A stretch of DNA of 64,000 nt from Bugula neritina (lineage: Eukaryota > Animalia > Bryozoa), in contig OZ037767.1 of assembly GCA_964035545.1 (NCBI GenBank), positions 21,468,628 to 21,532,627 on the forward strand, written 5' to 3'. Made by a program: the position numbers and the translations under genes. Numbering within the stretch: the stretch's first letter is position 1; every line of letters starts with the position of its first letter. Below, piece by piece: positions 37,580-50,566 of this stretch. The notes beneath the pieces were generated by a model. The model was not told the origin of the DNA. It did no database searches and was given only the letters and a program-made list of their open reading frames with translations.

Positions 37580-39500
37580 GTTTGTTTGTTTGTTTGTTTT
37601 TATTTTGTCGTAGTTGGAAAAAATTAATTGAGAAAAAATAAACAAAATGACAGGGCCTATGGCGCAATAGCACTGTAGCTAGTCGAGGCACCGAGCCATA
37701 AATGGTTGACAGTTATATAAGATTTTTGTTTAGGTTTTTGGAAGTTTTAGCAACTCAAAAAGTATTATTTTTTTATCTGGAAATTTGCCATTAGATGGTC
37801 TCTCAGGGCAAGTTTGAAACCAGCCTCCCTCCCCACAGCACGAATAGAACTAGGCAATTTATTCCATAGCGGCGAACATTGGAATTCCACTCTTCGTTGA
37901 CCTGCAGCAGTTGATGATGGAGGAGTTTGTAGGCTGAACTCTGAAAATCTTGTGGGATAGTTATGTGTGAGATGTGTTAGTTGAGAATAGTAAAGTTTAT
38001 GTGAGAGCAGTATTAGTTTGCATTTGTGTAGAGTGTGAATAGGCATGATTGAAGAATTAAGAAACAGTGGTTTAGATGGGGAAAGGTGATGCTTTTTATA
38101 TATAATTCTCAGTATTTTCTTTTGTAGTAAATGTAGTGGTTCAAGATAAATGTTTGCTGCATTACCCCACGATTCTAGGCAATATGTTAATTTAGAATTT
38201 ACAAAAGAGTTATATATTTGTATTAGAATTTTTCTAGGTAGGTGATGGGAACATTTACTTATCAAGCCTACTAAGGGCCTTAGGTTTTGACAAAGTTTAC
38301 TGCAATGTTGTTGCCAAGAAAGATGTGAATCTATTATAATACCCAAGAAGGTAGTTGATTTTACCTCCGCTAATTTTTTGTTGAACATTTCTAAGGCAAA
38401 GCCATTTAAATCTTGTTTATTTTGCGCTGTTTTGATTATCATATAGTTTGTTTTACTCATGTTTACAGTTAATTTATTTTTATTGCACCAAGTTTCAATT
38501 TTCTTTAATTCACAGTTTATGATGTCCATATTGTTTAATAGATTTTTTGAATCAAAGAAGAGGTTCGTATCTTCGGCAAATAATATAGGGTCTAAATGCA
38601 TAGTTACATCTGGAAAATCATTTATATAAATTAGGAATAGTTTTGGACCAAGTATGGATCCTTGTGGTACTCCACATGTGATATGAATAAAGTCAGAATA
38701 TGTGTTGTTAATAATAGTAGACTGTTGACGATTGGACAGATAATTTTTAATTAGCTTCACACTGTGACTTGAAAAGTGGAGCATTTTTAATTTAGCTAAT
38801 AAGATTTCATGATTTATTGTGTCAAAGGCCTTACTAAAATCGAGGAAAATTCCGCTACAGAATTACCATTGTTCATGGCGTTTAAAACCTTATTTGTTAG
38901 ATTAATTAAGGCAATATTTGTGTTTCTATTTCATCTAAAGCCGTACTGCTTATCAGTTAAATAATTTTTGCTTTCTAGAAAATCTACTATTTGCTTATTT
39001 AAAATCTTTTCAGCTATCTTACTGAAAGCAGGTAATATAGAGATTGGGCGGTAATTACTTACATCAGTAGCTATGCCTTTTTTGTGTAGAGGGACAACTT
39101 TAGCTTTTTTTAGTTCATTTGGAAAAGCGCCATCATTGATAATTGTGTTTATAATGTAAGCTAAAGGCTTTGAAAGATGAGATGCAGATATTTTTATTAG
39201 GTTGGTGAGAGCTAAATCTAATCCTGCAGCTTTGGCTGGGTTTACATCTTTAAGTAAGCGTTCAATGACTGTGCTTTCAATATTTGTAAAGCTAAACTGT
39301 TCATCAAGTTTTTTATCTGACTTCTGAGCTGTAAAATCAAAATTGTCGTCCGTGAATTTCTTTGATAACGTTGTTCCTATGGAAGTAAAGTATTTATTAA
39401 AACTGTTTGCTATGTCCTTATCTTCAGTTAGTGTAATATTTTCAGATGTTAAACTTTTAGGAGCATTCGATCCCTTTGATCGATGTTTTCCTAGAAGTGT
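37580..39500 (-). mobile_element. 5'-truncated CR1/L2-like LINE with (AAAC)n tail
   Basis: Motifs IANSFNKYFTSIG, NYRPISILPAFSKIAEK, QYGFR, LDFSKAFD, GVPQGSILGP and FAED (for FADD). A stop and frameshift occur near 38930-38860. The 3' tail is aataaaaacaaacaaacaaac. Confidence 0.92.
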
Positions 39501-40409
39501 TTGAAGTGTTAGTAGGTTAAACACAAAGAGTAAAGTGGGTGAGAAATCAGTGGTATCGAAAGGATTTACACTCTTGCGACTGTATAGTCCACGTAGTTAA
39601 TAAATTAATTAACTGCCTTTGCTACAGCTTGTAATTAATTTTTGAGGATGGAATACATTCTGTGGAGATCAATGAAGTATATTTAATAGAGGTCAAAGTT
39701 GTGTATCATGTTATATTATTATAATATATCCTATAGTTATGTTAATTATAGTTATAAAGGAGAATTCGATACAGTTTTGATGAAATACCCTAGTTAAGGC
39801 GAAGGTAAAATGCTACAAAATACTGTATATTACATGCCAAGTTTCAGTAATATTGCTGTAAAATATTGGCTTATATTTTCTAATATTATATAATATTGCA
39901 GTGCTATTTTATTGTATCATATAGTACAACTACTACACCTGTGGTAATTAGCTCCTGTGGTCAGCTGTTGTAGTAAAACTATACAATCAAGCAATGTCAC
40001 AGAAAGAAATAAATTAACAATAATCACTTTGCAGTTTTCTTCTTAGCTTTGTGCTGATTGTGCCAGGTATATTGACAGAAGTGTTTATTCATTGTGAATG
40101 CCGCATTAACTACACTATGAATTCACAATTAATCCTATTGGTTATTTACAAACACGCCTTCCTGAATATATTATTATGCGGCTGGTAGCTACAAGCAATT
40201 GCAGCAGTGAGTTTGAACAGCAGTTGGGGGCCAGCGAGGCAATGTAACCTTCATTTTCTTTCTAAAAGTACAGAGGTTTTAGCACAGTGAACAGGTACTC
40301 TATATGTTATATTAACACCGTACTCTAGCTAATGATGTATCGATATAGTATACAGTTCCGATATAATATACAGTTGTGTGCTTCATGTCTATATAATATA
40401 TTATAGTTG

Positions 40410-40620
40410 TGTGCTACATATACCTTAACACAGTAACTTACACGTACCTTAACAGCATAACCCACATAATATATTTTAACAGAATAACGTACATATACCT
40501 TAACAGTATAACCTACATTTACCTTAACAGTATAACCTACATGATATACCTTAACAGTATAACCTACATTTACCTTAACAGTATAACCTACATATACCTT
40601 AGCAGTATAACCTAAATGTA
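40410..40620. repeat. About 24-bp minisatellite (taccttaacagtataacctacata)n
   Basis: Visible tandem copies. Confidence 0.9.
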
Positions 40621-40861
40621 CTTTCACAGTATGGAGTTTGCAGGGCACTTTCCATGATACCCTTTTTCAAAGAGCTCATCACTACTCAACTGCCTGCAAA
40701 GAGGTCTTGTTACAAAACTTAGCTATGCTAAACATGCAATTATTTTGAAGGTGTCCATATTTCTGGGTGGAGATGATAGTAAATTATTATAATAGATGCA
40801 GCAAATGTATTCGGTTACTGCTATTGAAAAGGAATTTCGGGTGGTGCCCTGTTACAGATTA

Positions 40862-41493
40862 CTCACTCTCTACTATAACTCAGGCTATACACTCTCTACT
40901 ATATACTCTACTATATACTCTCTACTATATACTCTACTATATACTCTCTACTATATACTCTACTATATACTCTCTACTATACTCTCTACTGTACACTCTA
41001 CTATATACCCTACTATAACTCAGGCTCTATGCTCTCTACTATACACTCTACTATATACTCTCTACTATACTCTCTACTGTATACTCTACTATATACTCTA
41101 CTATAACTCAGGCTCTATGCTCTCTACTATATACTCTACTATACTCTACTATACTCTCTACTGTATACTCTCTACTATACACTCTACTATACTCTCTACT
41201 ATATACTCTACTATATACTCTCTACTATACTCTCTACTGTATACTCTCTACTATACTCTCTACTGTAACTCAGTATATATACTCTCTACTATACACTCTA
41301 CTATATATTCTACTATATACTCTACTATACTATACTATATACTCTACTCTACTATACTCTACTATACTCTACTATACTCTCTACTATACTCTCTACTATA
41401 CTCTCTACTGTAACTCAGTATATACACTCTCTACTGTAACTCAGTATATACACTCTCTACTGTAACTCAGTATATACACTCTCTACTGTAACT
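40862..41493. repeat. (tactctctactata)n-type minisatellite
   Basis: 12-14 bp units with periodic taactcag interruptions. Confidence 0.95.
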
Positions 41494-42220
41494 CCGTTCA
41501 TTGAACATCAGCTGTATTATTTTTGACTACTGGTGTAATTACAGCCATACAATGTGCTATTTATAAACTAGTCACAGCTAACAAAAGGAGTTTCTAATGA
41601 CTGTTGAAATGAATATATTATTAATCAAAATAAAGCACAATTAGAATTGTAACCAACAATAGAAGTGCCTTTGAAGGTTCAGCTGAGAAAGTTGTGCTAG
41701 TGAATACATCTTTTTATCTAACTTTCTATTTTATCATCATGTACAAATCAAAGGAACATCTATGGCTTGTGTGTTCCTCAGGCTTCATTGGACACACTTC
41801 ATTTATGCACTATTGAAATACTAAACCTCCTATATCTTAGCGATCATCTACATATTGTTTTATAGGGTTATATGTTCAAACAAGTTTATTTTATAATAGG
41901 TTTTGTGCAAAAGTATCTTGAACTAGTTTGGAGTTTCCAATCACTTGCTGGCAATGTTTCCAGTAGGCTCTGAAGTCTGTTGTACTATAAAATAGTAATT
42001 ATTGATGATCTTCATTACATGCCGTTATTAGCTGCAGCAATGAGCTGGATTCAAAGTTTAAACTTTCAAGTTATGGAAGTATATTCATATGCTATGGCAG
42101 TAATAATAACTCTTGTAGAACAGAGTAGCCATATAAGAAATTGTGAACACATAACAGTGTCGTCAGCCTCTAAGAGAGCTCTGGAAATTAATAGGAATGG
42201 TTTGAATAAAAAGGTTTATA

Positions 42221-45200
42221 ATGAAACCACCTAAGCGAGCATTCAATACAGGAAGACAGCGTCTTCACTCAGCACCATCACACCTCTACCCACCACTCTT
42301 ACACTCATCACAATGGTAGGTATTCTTTATGCGCCATCACACTTTTACCCACCACCCTTACACTTAACATGGTGGTAGGTATTATTTATGTATCAGTTCA
42401 CCTCTACCTACCACCCTTACACTTATCATGGTGGTAGGCAGCTTCAATTTGTCGATATGTACCTAATACAGATGCTACATGTCCGTGAACGATGTAAACT
42501 GTCGTAGTTGGCTGCTGCAACCTTATACTTTGGTTTGCTGACGTTACAGGAGAAAGTTTTCCATAACCAAGGTGAGCCACCTTGCCCGATACTTCACATA
42601 TTTTCTCATTATTGCCCTTTTGATCTCTTTCAACAACCTGGTGCTGGCATATCTTCAACGCAGTGTTGTCAAAGAACAGGCGATCAGCAAAGAGCCTGTT
42701 GTAAAGGCTGCAGTTGCAGGTATTTAAAATACGGACAACTCGTGTATAGTCATCTCTAGCAACTGGCACGTGCAAAGTAAATCAACTGTCATTCATAAAA
42801 ATGAAGCATAATTATAACTAGTTTAATTTAATTAGTTGGATTTATTCACTATTTTTAAAAGCCTGTATAGGGACTTTTAAGGTCTGACTACACTTTTCGA
42901 ATAAAGAATGCACATGATGTTGAGAAACACATATAAAAACAATAAATCTGATTAGGGCACTTTTCATTCATCTTTTTACTTTACAAGAAAGTTTCATGAT
43001 GATGCTCTGTATTCTATAACAGGAAGTAAGTCACGGCCACGGGAAGCAGTTGTAGAGCAAGTCAATAAGTCAATAAATTCTTGGCAAAATAGAACTCTCA
43101 TTTCCAAAACCATCTTGCAACCACAGCAACTGACATCTGATGGTGAAAAACTTAGCAAACTCCAGCTAACAGGTCAGGCATTTGGCTTGCTGCTTAGGTA
43201 ACGCTCTTCTTTGTAGAAGCTCTTTTTTCTGTAGAAATTCTGTTTATTTCAGCATAATCTCTTTTCTCTATTATAGATAAGCCAAAGGTTTACATATGGG
43301 AAAAGCTTCCCAGAATAACACCCAACGAACTGCTACTAAACACCTCTCTCATCATTACCAACATCCAGACTGGCTGCCAGCTGCAGAAGGTTGTGTAACC
43401 ATACTGCTAATGGTGTCGAGCTGACAATAGCAATATGTCAGATTCAATGTGTTGATAGAAAGATGGTGAAGTATGATGTTATGTGCTTGTCTCTATTTAT
43501 TCTGTGTGTTGTAATATAAGAATATATATGCAGATTGTAGAAGGCTTCCAAATGAACTACCCAGATATGAAAATACTTATAGAGATGAAAAACTCATCCA
43601 AAACAATCTGTAACAAAACCTCTCAAATAAGAAATAGCAAAATAAAGTGCGTGTACTTTCCAGAAGGATGCAGGTCAAATATAGGGTGTGTGCACAACCG
43701 TCTCATCAATTCTACAGGTGGGAAAGGTGTTATCATGCTAAATTATACCATTACTTATTATGTAAAGTTGACAGTTTGTATACATTGCATGTAATTATAT
43801 GGTGTAGATACCAACTACATACTCAGCTGGGATGCCAGATATATGTACAATGAAATGCATTCAATTGCCATGCTGGCTAAGATCTACATAGAGACCAGAG
43901 TGAAGATTATCTCCCCATGTGATGCTTTCCTCTGCCATTCTACAACAGGTGACTACAAACTCATTATTGTGCACAGCACATTTGCTATGACACCACAGTT
44001 TATATTTATCACAGCCTAGTACATGCAATGTAACCGTTGGAACCAATACAGCTTTCACCTGCAGCTTTTAACTGTAAAGTCTTCTACTGTGTGCAATAAT
44101 AGACTCCAGCAAGTCAAATAAATTTATCTGTTAAGGACAATATTTTGAATAGAAAGCCAAATTCCATCAACTGGTACTGAAGTATACAACAAAACAAAAA
44201 TTTAATGTGATGTAAACATTCATGGAATGAGTGATAGTAATAACAGACAGTAAGATTGTATACTGCAGGAGTTTCTACAGTATGCAGTAACAGTTGCCTA
44301 GATAAACACACAGTAATGGGTTGTTTAGGTAAACTATAAAGCTGTGTAATTTAGGGTCACTGCACATACCAACGACAGGGAGAAGGCAGCTAACAGCTCT
44401 ACCAGGAGTTTTCCCTCGGTCTCCACTATCCAAGGTCTTTCCAAACTGCTACCAGTCTGCCATGTTTCCTCCTGTGTACTTGGCATCACGCCAGACCCTT
44501 ATGGATCAGCTGTGGGATGACAATCTACCGGCAGCACATCACACTGACTTTATGCTTAGTGTCAGCCAACAAAACTATCCTACTCTTGTTTGTAAAGACC
44601 TTCTGGTAAGTAGCAGAACTACACTGTTCTTGTTTGTAAAAAATAGTATAGTAAGGTTAATGTGATCAAGCCATATGACCTGCTGTTATTGTAGTAGAAG
44701 CTTTCAACTTGAACAGAGACTTTTTCAACTGATCGAGAGTTTCTAGAATTTTCTTGGAACGAAAATTTTAAGCTAGTGCAGCATAGAAGTTATTACAAGC
44801 AGCTTACTGCCTACTTTATAAGGGGATATTGTAAAGTGTGTGACTTCACTTATTAATCATAATTGAGATGATTAGCTAGCTGAAAATGTGATGGGAATCA
44901 CGTAATTTTAAGTTTGGTATCTATTATCGTAGATTGGTTTGCAGCTATTTAATATGGCTGTAAGTTATACAATGAACATTTTTTCAGGCTGTAACTGGTT
45001 AAAACAGACAGAACCTGTTACATGGCTTTCTCCGCATAACCTTTTCACAATTTTTTCTAGACTTCTAGTGTAGCTGTGATTTCCCATTTCTTAAAATATA
45101 TGGTGAATTTTGTAATTTAACTTCAATGTCAATCTGCTACAAAAATTTTTAGTTGAAGTAGCAAGAAGCTTCAATAGACAAAGTTCATTGAAAAGTTCTA

Positions 45201-48200
45201 TATTTTTGAACATTGGTTTAGGCTCTAAGCTAAAAATCCCACAAGAACATAGCCCCATTTGCTATATTTCTAAAGCAGAACATAGATCGTTGTCCTATTT
45301 TTTTTATACTGCACTGACCTCATTAAAAAGCAGAAGAACCAAATTTACTGCCTAAATAATAAAAACTCTGCTGATTTTAATTTTTTTACCTATTATCTGA
45401 CAAGACCAGATTCACTGTTGATTTTTTACCAACTCAATGCAATACCCACATTATAATGACCAGCACTGACTAGCACTATTCTTGACATCCACAGGTTTCC
45501 TACACACCTGCTTGTGAAGACTTCCAATCTAAGAAGCAATCAAACCTGGAAAATGAGTGGCTGGACATGTCACCTGAATCGTTCCTGAAGGTTAGCAGCG
45601 GCAGCAGTCTATAGTAGCAGTGGCAGCATTTACATCACAAAGCATTCATAGTAGATAATATTATATTGTGTGCTCATAGCATATATTGTTTTGTATCTCG
45701 TAGCATATATTGCATTATACCTTATAGCGTATATTAATATATTGTATCTCATAGTGTATATTAATATATTGTATCTTGTAGCATATATTATTACATATAT
45801 TATATTATAGCGTATATTAATATATTGTGTGCTCATAGCATATGTTGTAGTGTATATCATAGCATATATTATATTGCTGTTAATTCAAAATCGCAATGTT
45901 GTCATATTTATCATTTAACTTAGCATCAGCAGGTCATCTAATCTGCAAAGATACCCCCTAGGATATACTGTGTATATACTCTTAAACTACTGTGTACCCT
46001 TAAAATTACTGTGTATGTACCTTAAAATTACTGTGTAGGTACCCTTAAAATACTGTGTATGTACCCTTAAAATGTGATGAATGTTTTTGTAGTGGAATAT
46101 TTCTGATGTGTTCAATGGTTTGGGGAAAATTATTAGCTTCAGTTCTGATAAGGAGATGTCTACTTTCACGAGTAGCTGGAAGGCTCTCTCCAGTAATGCC
46201 TTGTCCATTGAAGGAAGTTTTGATCAGAGACTGCAGATTGCAGTTACGGATAAAATAAATGACCAAAGACCAGGCTGGGAGGCTGTGAGAATATACAAAG
46301 ATGGCGTTCATAATCTTAGTAGGTCTCATTCCAATTAATCGAGCAAACTAACTCATAAAATATTTTTATTAATATTTTAACTGGTGCCCGGTAAAAATGG
46401 CACAGGTAAAAATGGCACAGGTAAAAATGTCCCATTTTCAATATTATGGTTTGGGGTGGGGGTTTGGGGTTTGGAATGGTGGTTTAGGTTTAGAGATGTA
46501 GGTTTTGAGTTTGGGGTTTGAGAAAATTTGACATCAGTGTGCCATTTTTACTTTCTTTTCCATTTTTGTCATTATTACCTGTACCACTTTCACCAAAACT
46601 CATTATAACTTGACCAGTTTTGAGGGAGATCGAAGGGTGAACTTAAATTCTCATCAGAAATAACTTTAAAATATGCTAAATAGTTTTCCAATAGCATTTT
46701 GAACTCTTCTGATATAATTATATTGTAACTGCTGAGTAGTTAGGAAGTTCAAGTTTTGTCCTGAAGGCAGAGTTACTTGTAACTCTATAAAGAATGACTT
46801 TGAGTGCATTTTGTAGCCTATATAGAGACTTCCCCTTGCATAGTGCATGTAAAAGGACAGCTGCATGTTGAATATGACCGGCATAAATCATTTCCCAATA
46901 AGAATGGCATGATGGAGGTAGACCAGCACCATCTTAATAGGAGTTGTCACATCTTTAGAGACCACTGGAGGTACTCATTCGGTATAATTCTCGATCATAA
47001 ATATGACACATTATATTTGTTACCTCTCACTGAACAGTGGTGTAACCCCTTAGCTAGATACATGCACTGAACAGTGATGTAACCCCTCAGCAAGATATAT
47101 GCATTGAACAGTGGTCTAACCCCTGAGCTAAATATATGCTCTGAACAGTGGTGTAACCCCTCAGTTAGGTATATGCACTGATCGCACAGTGGTGTAACCC
47201 CTCAGCAAGATATATGCTTTGAACAGTGGTGTAACCCCTGAGCTAGACACATACTGTATTCTGAACAGCGTGTTCAGATAGAAGGGGTTATGCTTATCTG
47301 TGCCATGATTATGAAAGATTGGTTATTGGAATAAAACCGTTATACGCACTCACATATATAGTATACATATATATTATAGTATACATATTTTAATAATTGA
47401 AACATGAGTGGTGCGTACAAGAACGATAATTAATATAAGTTGTTATGGGTGATTATGAGGTAATAGAAACAAGACAACTCTAAAGATCATTTATAGTTGA
47501 ATATCTGAATGTTATCTCAACATAATGGTGCGACTCCCCCCCCCCCCCCAGTATGATATATTATGTTTTGAATAGTGGGCAGCCTCTCTAGCTAGATATG
47601 TATGTTTGGTGTGTGTTGTGTGAAGGGTAGGTATACTATAAATAGACAAGACCATCTAAACTACCTACTAACATTTAATAGTTTGCTATACTTTGCAAAA
47701 TAGAATGACATCATTTGGCAAACTGAAGAAGAAAAATGTTTACTACGTCACAGCCCTGAGTAATGACACAGTGTACATGGAAAGATTACTCCGGATGCTC
47801 GACTCTCAGCAGGAAGCAGCTAATACTAATCTGGTCATTGTCGATATGGGCAGAGTGAGGGAAAAATTTGACCTTAATAAGTATCATCTACGGATAAAAG
47901 TAGATTACATTCATCTAGGTGAGTAAACATATATTAATAGACTGAGTAGATACACTAATAGACTGAGTAGACATACTATTAGACTGAGTAGACATACTAT
48001 TAGACTGAGTAGACATACTAATAGTCTGAGTAGATATACTAATAGACTGAGTAGACATGTTAATAGACTGAGTAGACATATTAATAGACTGAGTAGACAT
48101 ACTATTAGACTGAGTAGACATACTAATAGACTGAGTAGACATGTTAATAGACTGAGTAGACATACTAATAGACTGAGTAGACATGTTAATAGACTGAGTA

Positions 48201-48901
48201 GACATACTAATAGAGTGAGTAGACATACTAATAGACTGAGTAGATATACTAATAGACTGAGTAGATATATTAATAGTCTGAGTAGATATACTAATGGACT
48301 GAGTAGACATATTAATAGACTGAGTAGACATACTATTAGACTGAGTAGACATACTAATAAATGTGTATTAAATGGTATTGGGAATTGCAGGAGCACCGTT
48401 CAGCAGAAGCATAGGGCTGAGGAAGGGGTTCGACTATGCCATGCAGCTGTCCGCTTCTAAAGGAGAGACAAATCCCTTGTTATTTGCCATCGACAACTCT
48501 TTGACAGTGCCTGTAGACTTTACGAGACAAGTTATGCACAACACGCGCTGTGGCATATCTGCATACGCACCCATCTGTAAGAGAATGAAAGATGATGGAT
48601 GGTATTGGGCTCAGTTCGGGTGTGTTGAGGCATTGTACTTATATAATATATATATATTAATATAGTTTTATATAGAATTGATGATATTTTGTATGTGAAA
48701 TGTTGAAGGTATAGTATGGTCGGTGTTTGCGCATCAGACTACAACAAGACGATGGGTTGGAACCCTACTTGGGGATACCATGTGGGGGCAGAAGATGTAG
48801 ATTTTATAGCTAGGTTACAAAAGGCAATTCCATATATTGTAAGAGTGAGAGAAGACAACTACACTCATTCACATAATGAACAACACAGAACAAACAAGTG
48901 A
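42221..48901 (+). CDS. Type II membrane tandem glycosyltransferase: B4GALNT1/2-like domain plus B4GALNT3/4-/CHSY-like (GT7) domain (about 738 aa, 13 exons)
   Basis: Exons 42221-42315, 42550-42719, 43023-43172, 43277-43389, 43534-43717, 43808-43948, 44355-44605, 45495-45590, 46093-46318, 46817-46970, 47704-47918, 48391-48619, 48709-48901. All are GT-AG and phase-consistent (2217 nt). TM helix YFTYFLIIALLISFNNLVLAYL. The first exon is the least certain. Confidence 0.8.
46385..46600. mobile_element. MITE-like element with tandem 15-bp subterminal repeats
   Basis: (ggtaaaaatggcaca)x3 at the left, inverted tgtgccatttttac-type copies at the right, and a ggtttgggg-rich centre. Confidence 0.65.
47028..47270. 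repeat. About 38-bp minisatellite (gaacagtggtgtaacccctcagctagatatatgcact)n
   Basis: About 6 copies inside a glycosyltransferase intron. Confidence 0.9.
47919..48360. repeat. 21-bp minisatellite (gactgagtagacatactaata)n occupying nearly a whole intron
   Basis: The first unit is the splice donor itself (gtgagtaaacata versus ctgagtagacata). Confidence 0.95.
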
Positions 48902-49255
48902 GTGCCATTTCTACAGCCATTCGTATGTTATATTGACTTGCATTGTTGAACATGAGCAATACAAGTAAATAGAACTACAATCAGCCAACGTTTTCATTAT
49001 CATCGAATTGATAAACTGAACTTTGGTTAACATAACTATTAAGTATTGTAGTAAACTTGTGGGTTATGATGAAATAAACTAAGCCGTCTGCATGCCTATA
49101 CTATGCTTGGTAAATAAGAGTCTCTTTGAATATTCTTTATAATTATAAGTCTCTTTATTTTCCTGTAGATCCTTCTTGGTTGAGCTCCAGTGTTAAACTG
49201 ACTTAACACTGGAAACTCTCCCACTTATATACTAACAAAATCTCCTGCGCCACTT

Positions 49256-49380
49256 AGGGTGTCCGAAACTCGGCCGAGATTCGGAGTTCCACTTGCCGAA
49301 ATCGGAAGGATCTGTCCGAAATCGGACAGATCCTTCGGAAGTCGTGCCTTGGGCTCCGAACTCGGCCGAACTTCGGCTCA
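49256..49380. repeat. CCGA/TCGG-rich palindromic block, probably a DNA transposon terminus
   Basis: Perfect 15-bp inverted repeat gaaggatctgtccga-aa-tcggacagatccttc (49305-49336), flanked by repeated ctcggccga motifs. Confidence 0.6.
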
Positions 49381-50325
49381 CATAACTTATCACAGGTTAT
49401 TTACAAAAAATGTGGCGGGGGAACTAACTCCAAAAAATACAACATAAAGTAAAACGCATTTTGCAATTCTTTTACAGTATTAACATAGATTATTTAGCTA
49501 TGTTAAAGCCAGTTTATAGATTATTGATCATGCAATTGTGAAGATGATAGAGTTGACGTTAGTTTTAACATGTAAAATAATACAAGTTATCTATTGTTAA
49601 CCAAAATACTAGGCTCAAAATTTCTAATAGCTTTATATTACCTAATTTTTTTGTGTTTTGCTATTGTAGTTTGTATTATAAAACTAAAAATATATACCCT
49701 GGAAAACTGCCAGTAATACCAATATCAAGGGTGGAGATTGATAAAGCTCTTCTTTCTGCCTTAAAAACTTATGCACTCAAGCTAATAAAGTCCCCTGTAC
49801 CGTTGGACCTGGAGACAGTCTATGTGACCTCAGTTGCAAGCTCACTTGGAGTCGTCTATGATTTACGCTTCAAGAATGAGATGAATGAAGGATACTATGC
49901 ATTAGTAGAATCCATATAGCCCTAGAAACTTTTCTTGCATAATTTTTACTGCTTTTAGGAGTTATGGTAATGTACTGTTAACTGATTATTAACAGGTTTC
50001 TTATGAAGCTTATATTTTCTTATAAATATGTAATTATGTTTAGGATTTCTTTTGTCAGACTGCTTCTTAATGCTCATATTGTACCTATTTATTGAATCTG
50101 TACATAGAAAGTGTAAATATTTATAAAAGGGGCTCACTAGAATATATACGATTCTTGAACAAATGTTTTGATACAATTTTATAAAAGATTAAAGGATTTG
50201 TGGAGCTTTACATTTTCTCACCTAGGCGGCTGTAGTCCTGCATGAGTAAAATAAAAACCGTGTACGAAAAGTGTTTTTAAGTGACCGCTCTAACCGCTAG
50301 ACTGCGCATACTCTATAGTCTATAG

Positions 50326-50566
50326 CAGGGGTGGGCAACTGGTGGCTCCAGGGCCATATGTGGCCCTTTACCCTTTTTCAGTGGCCCCTTTAATGCTTCA
50401 AGTAGGTAAAAAAGCTGTTACATGCATTCTAATTGGCACAGTAGTTCTATAGGTAATTGGCAACAAATTACTTTATAATAAAATTTAATATGGGTACAAT
50501 CATGTGCCACTTTGTTTTGGCTGACTTCTGAACTTGGCCCTCATGCAAAAAAGTTGCATACTCCTG
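50326..50566. mobile_element. hAT (Charlie-like) MITE
   Basis: Ends CAGGGGTGGGCAAC / GTTGCATACTCCTG, internal tggccc motifs, and a degenerate 8-bp TSD gtctatag/gtatgtag. Confidence 0.75.

Noticed and set aside
47028-47270. CRISPR-like repeat-spacer appearance
   Set aside because: The 'spacers' are copies of each other, the context is a eukaryotic intron, and there are no cas genes.
49653-49919. 88-aa ORF (YPGKLPVIPISRVEIDKALL...)
   Set aside because: No recognisable family or supported splice context; may be a TE-internal remnant.
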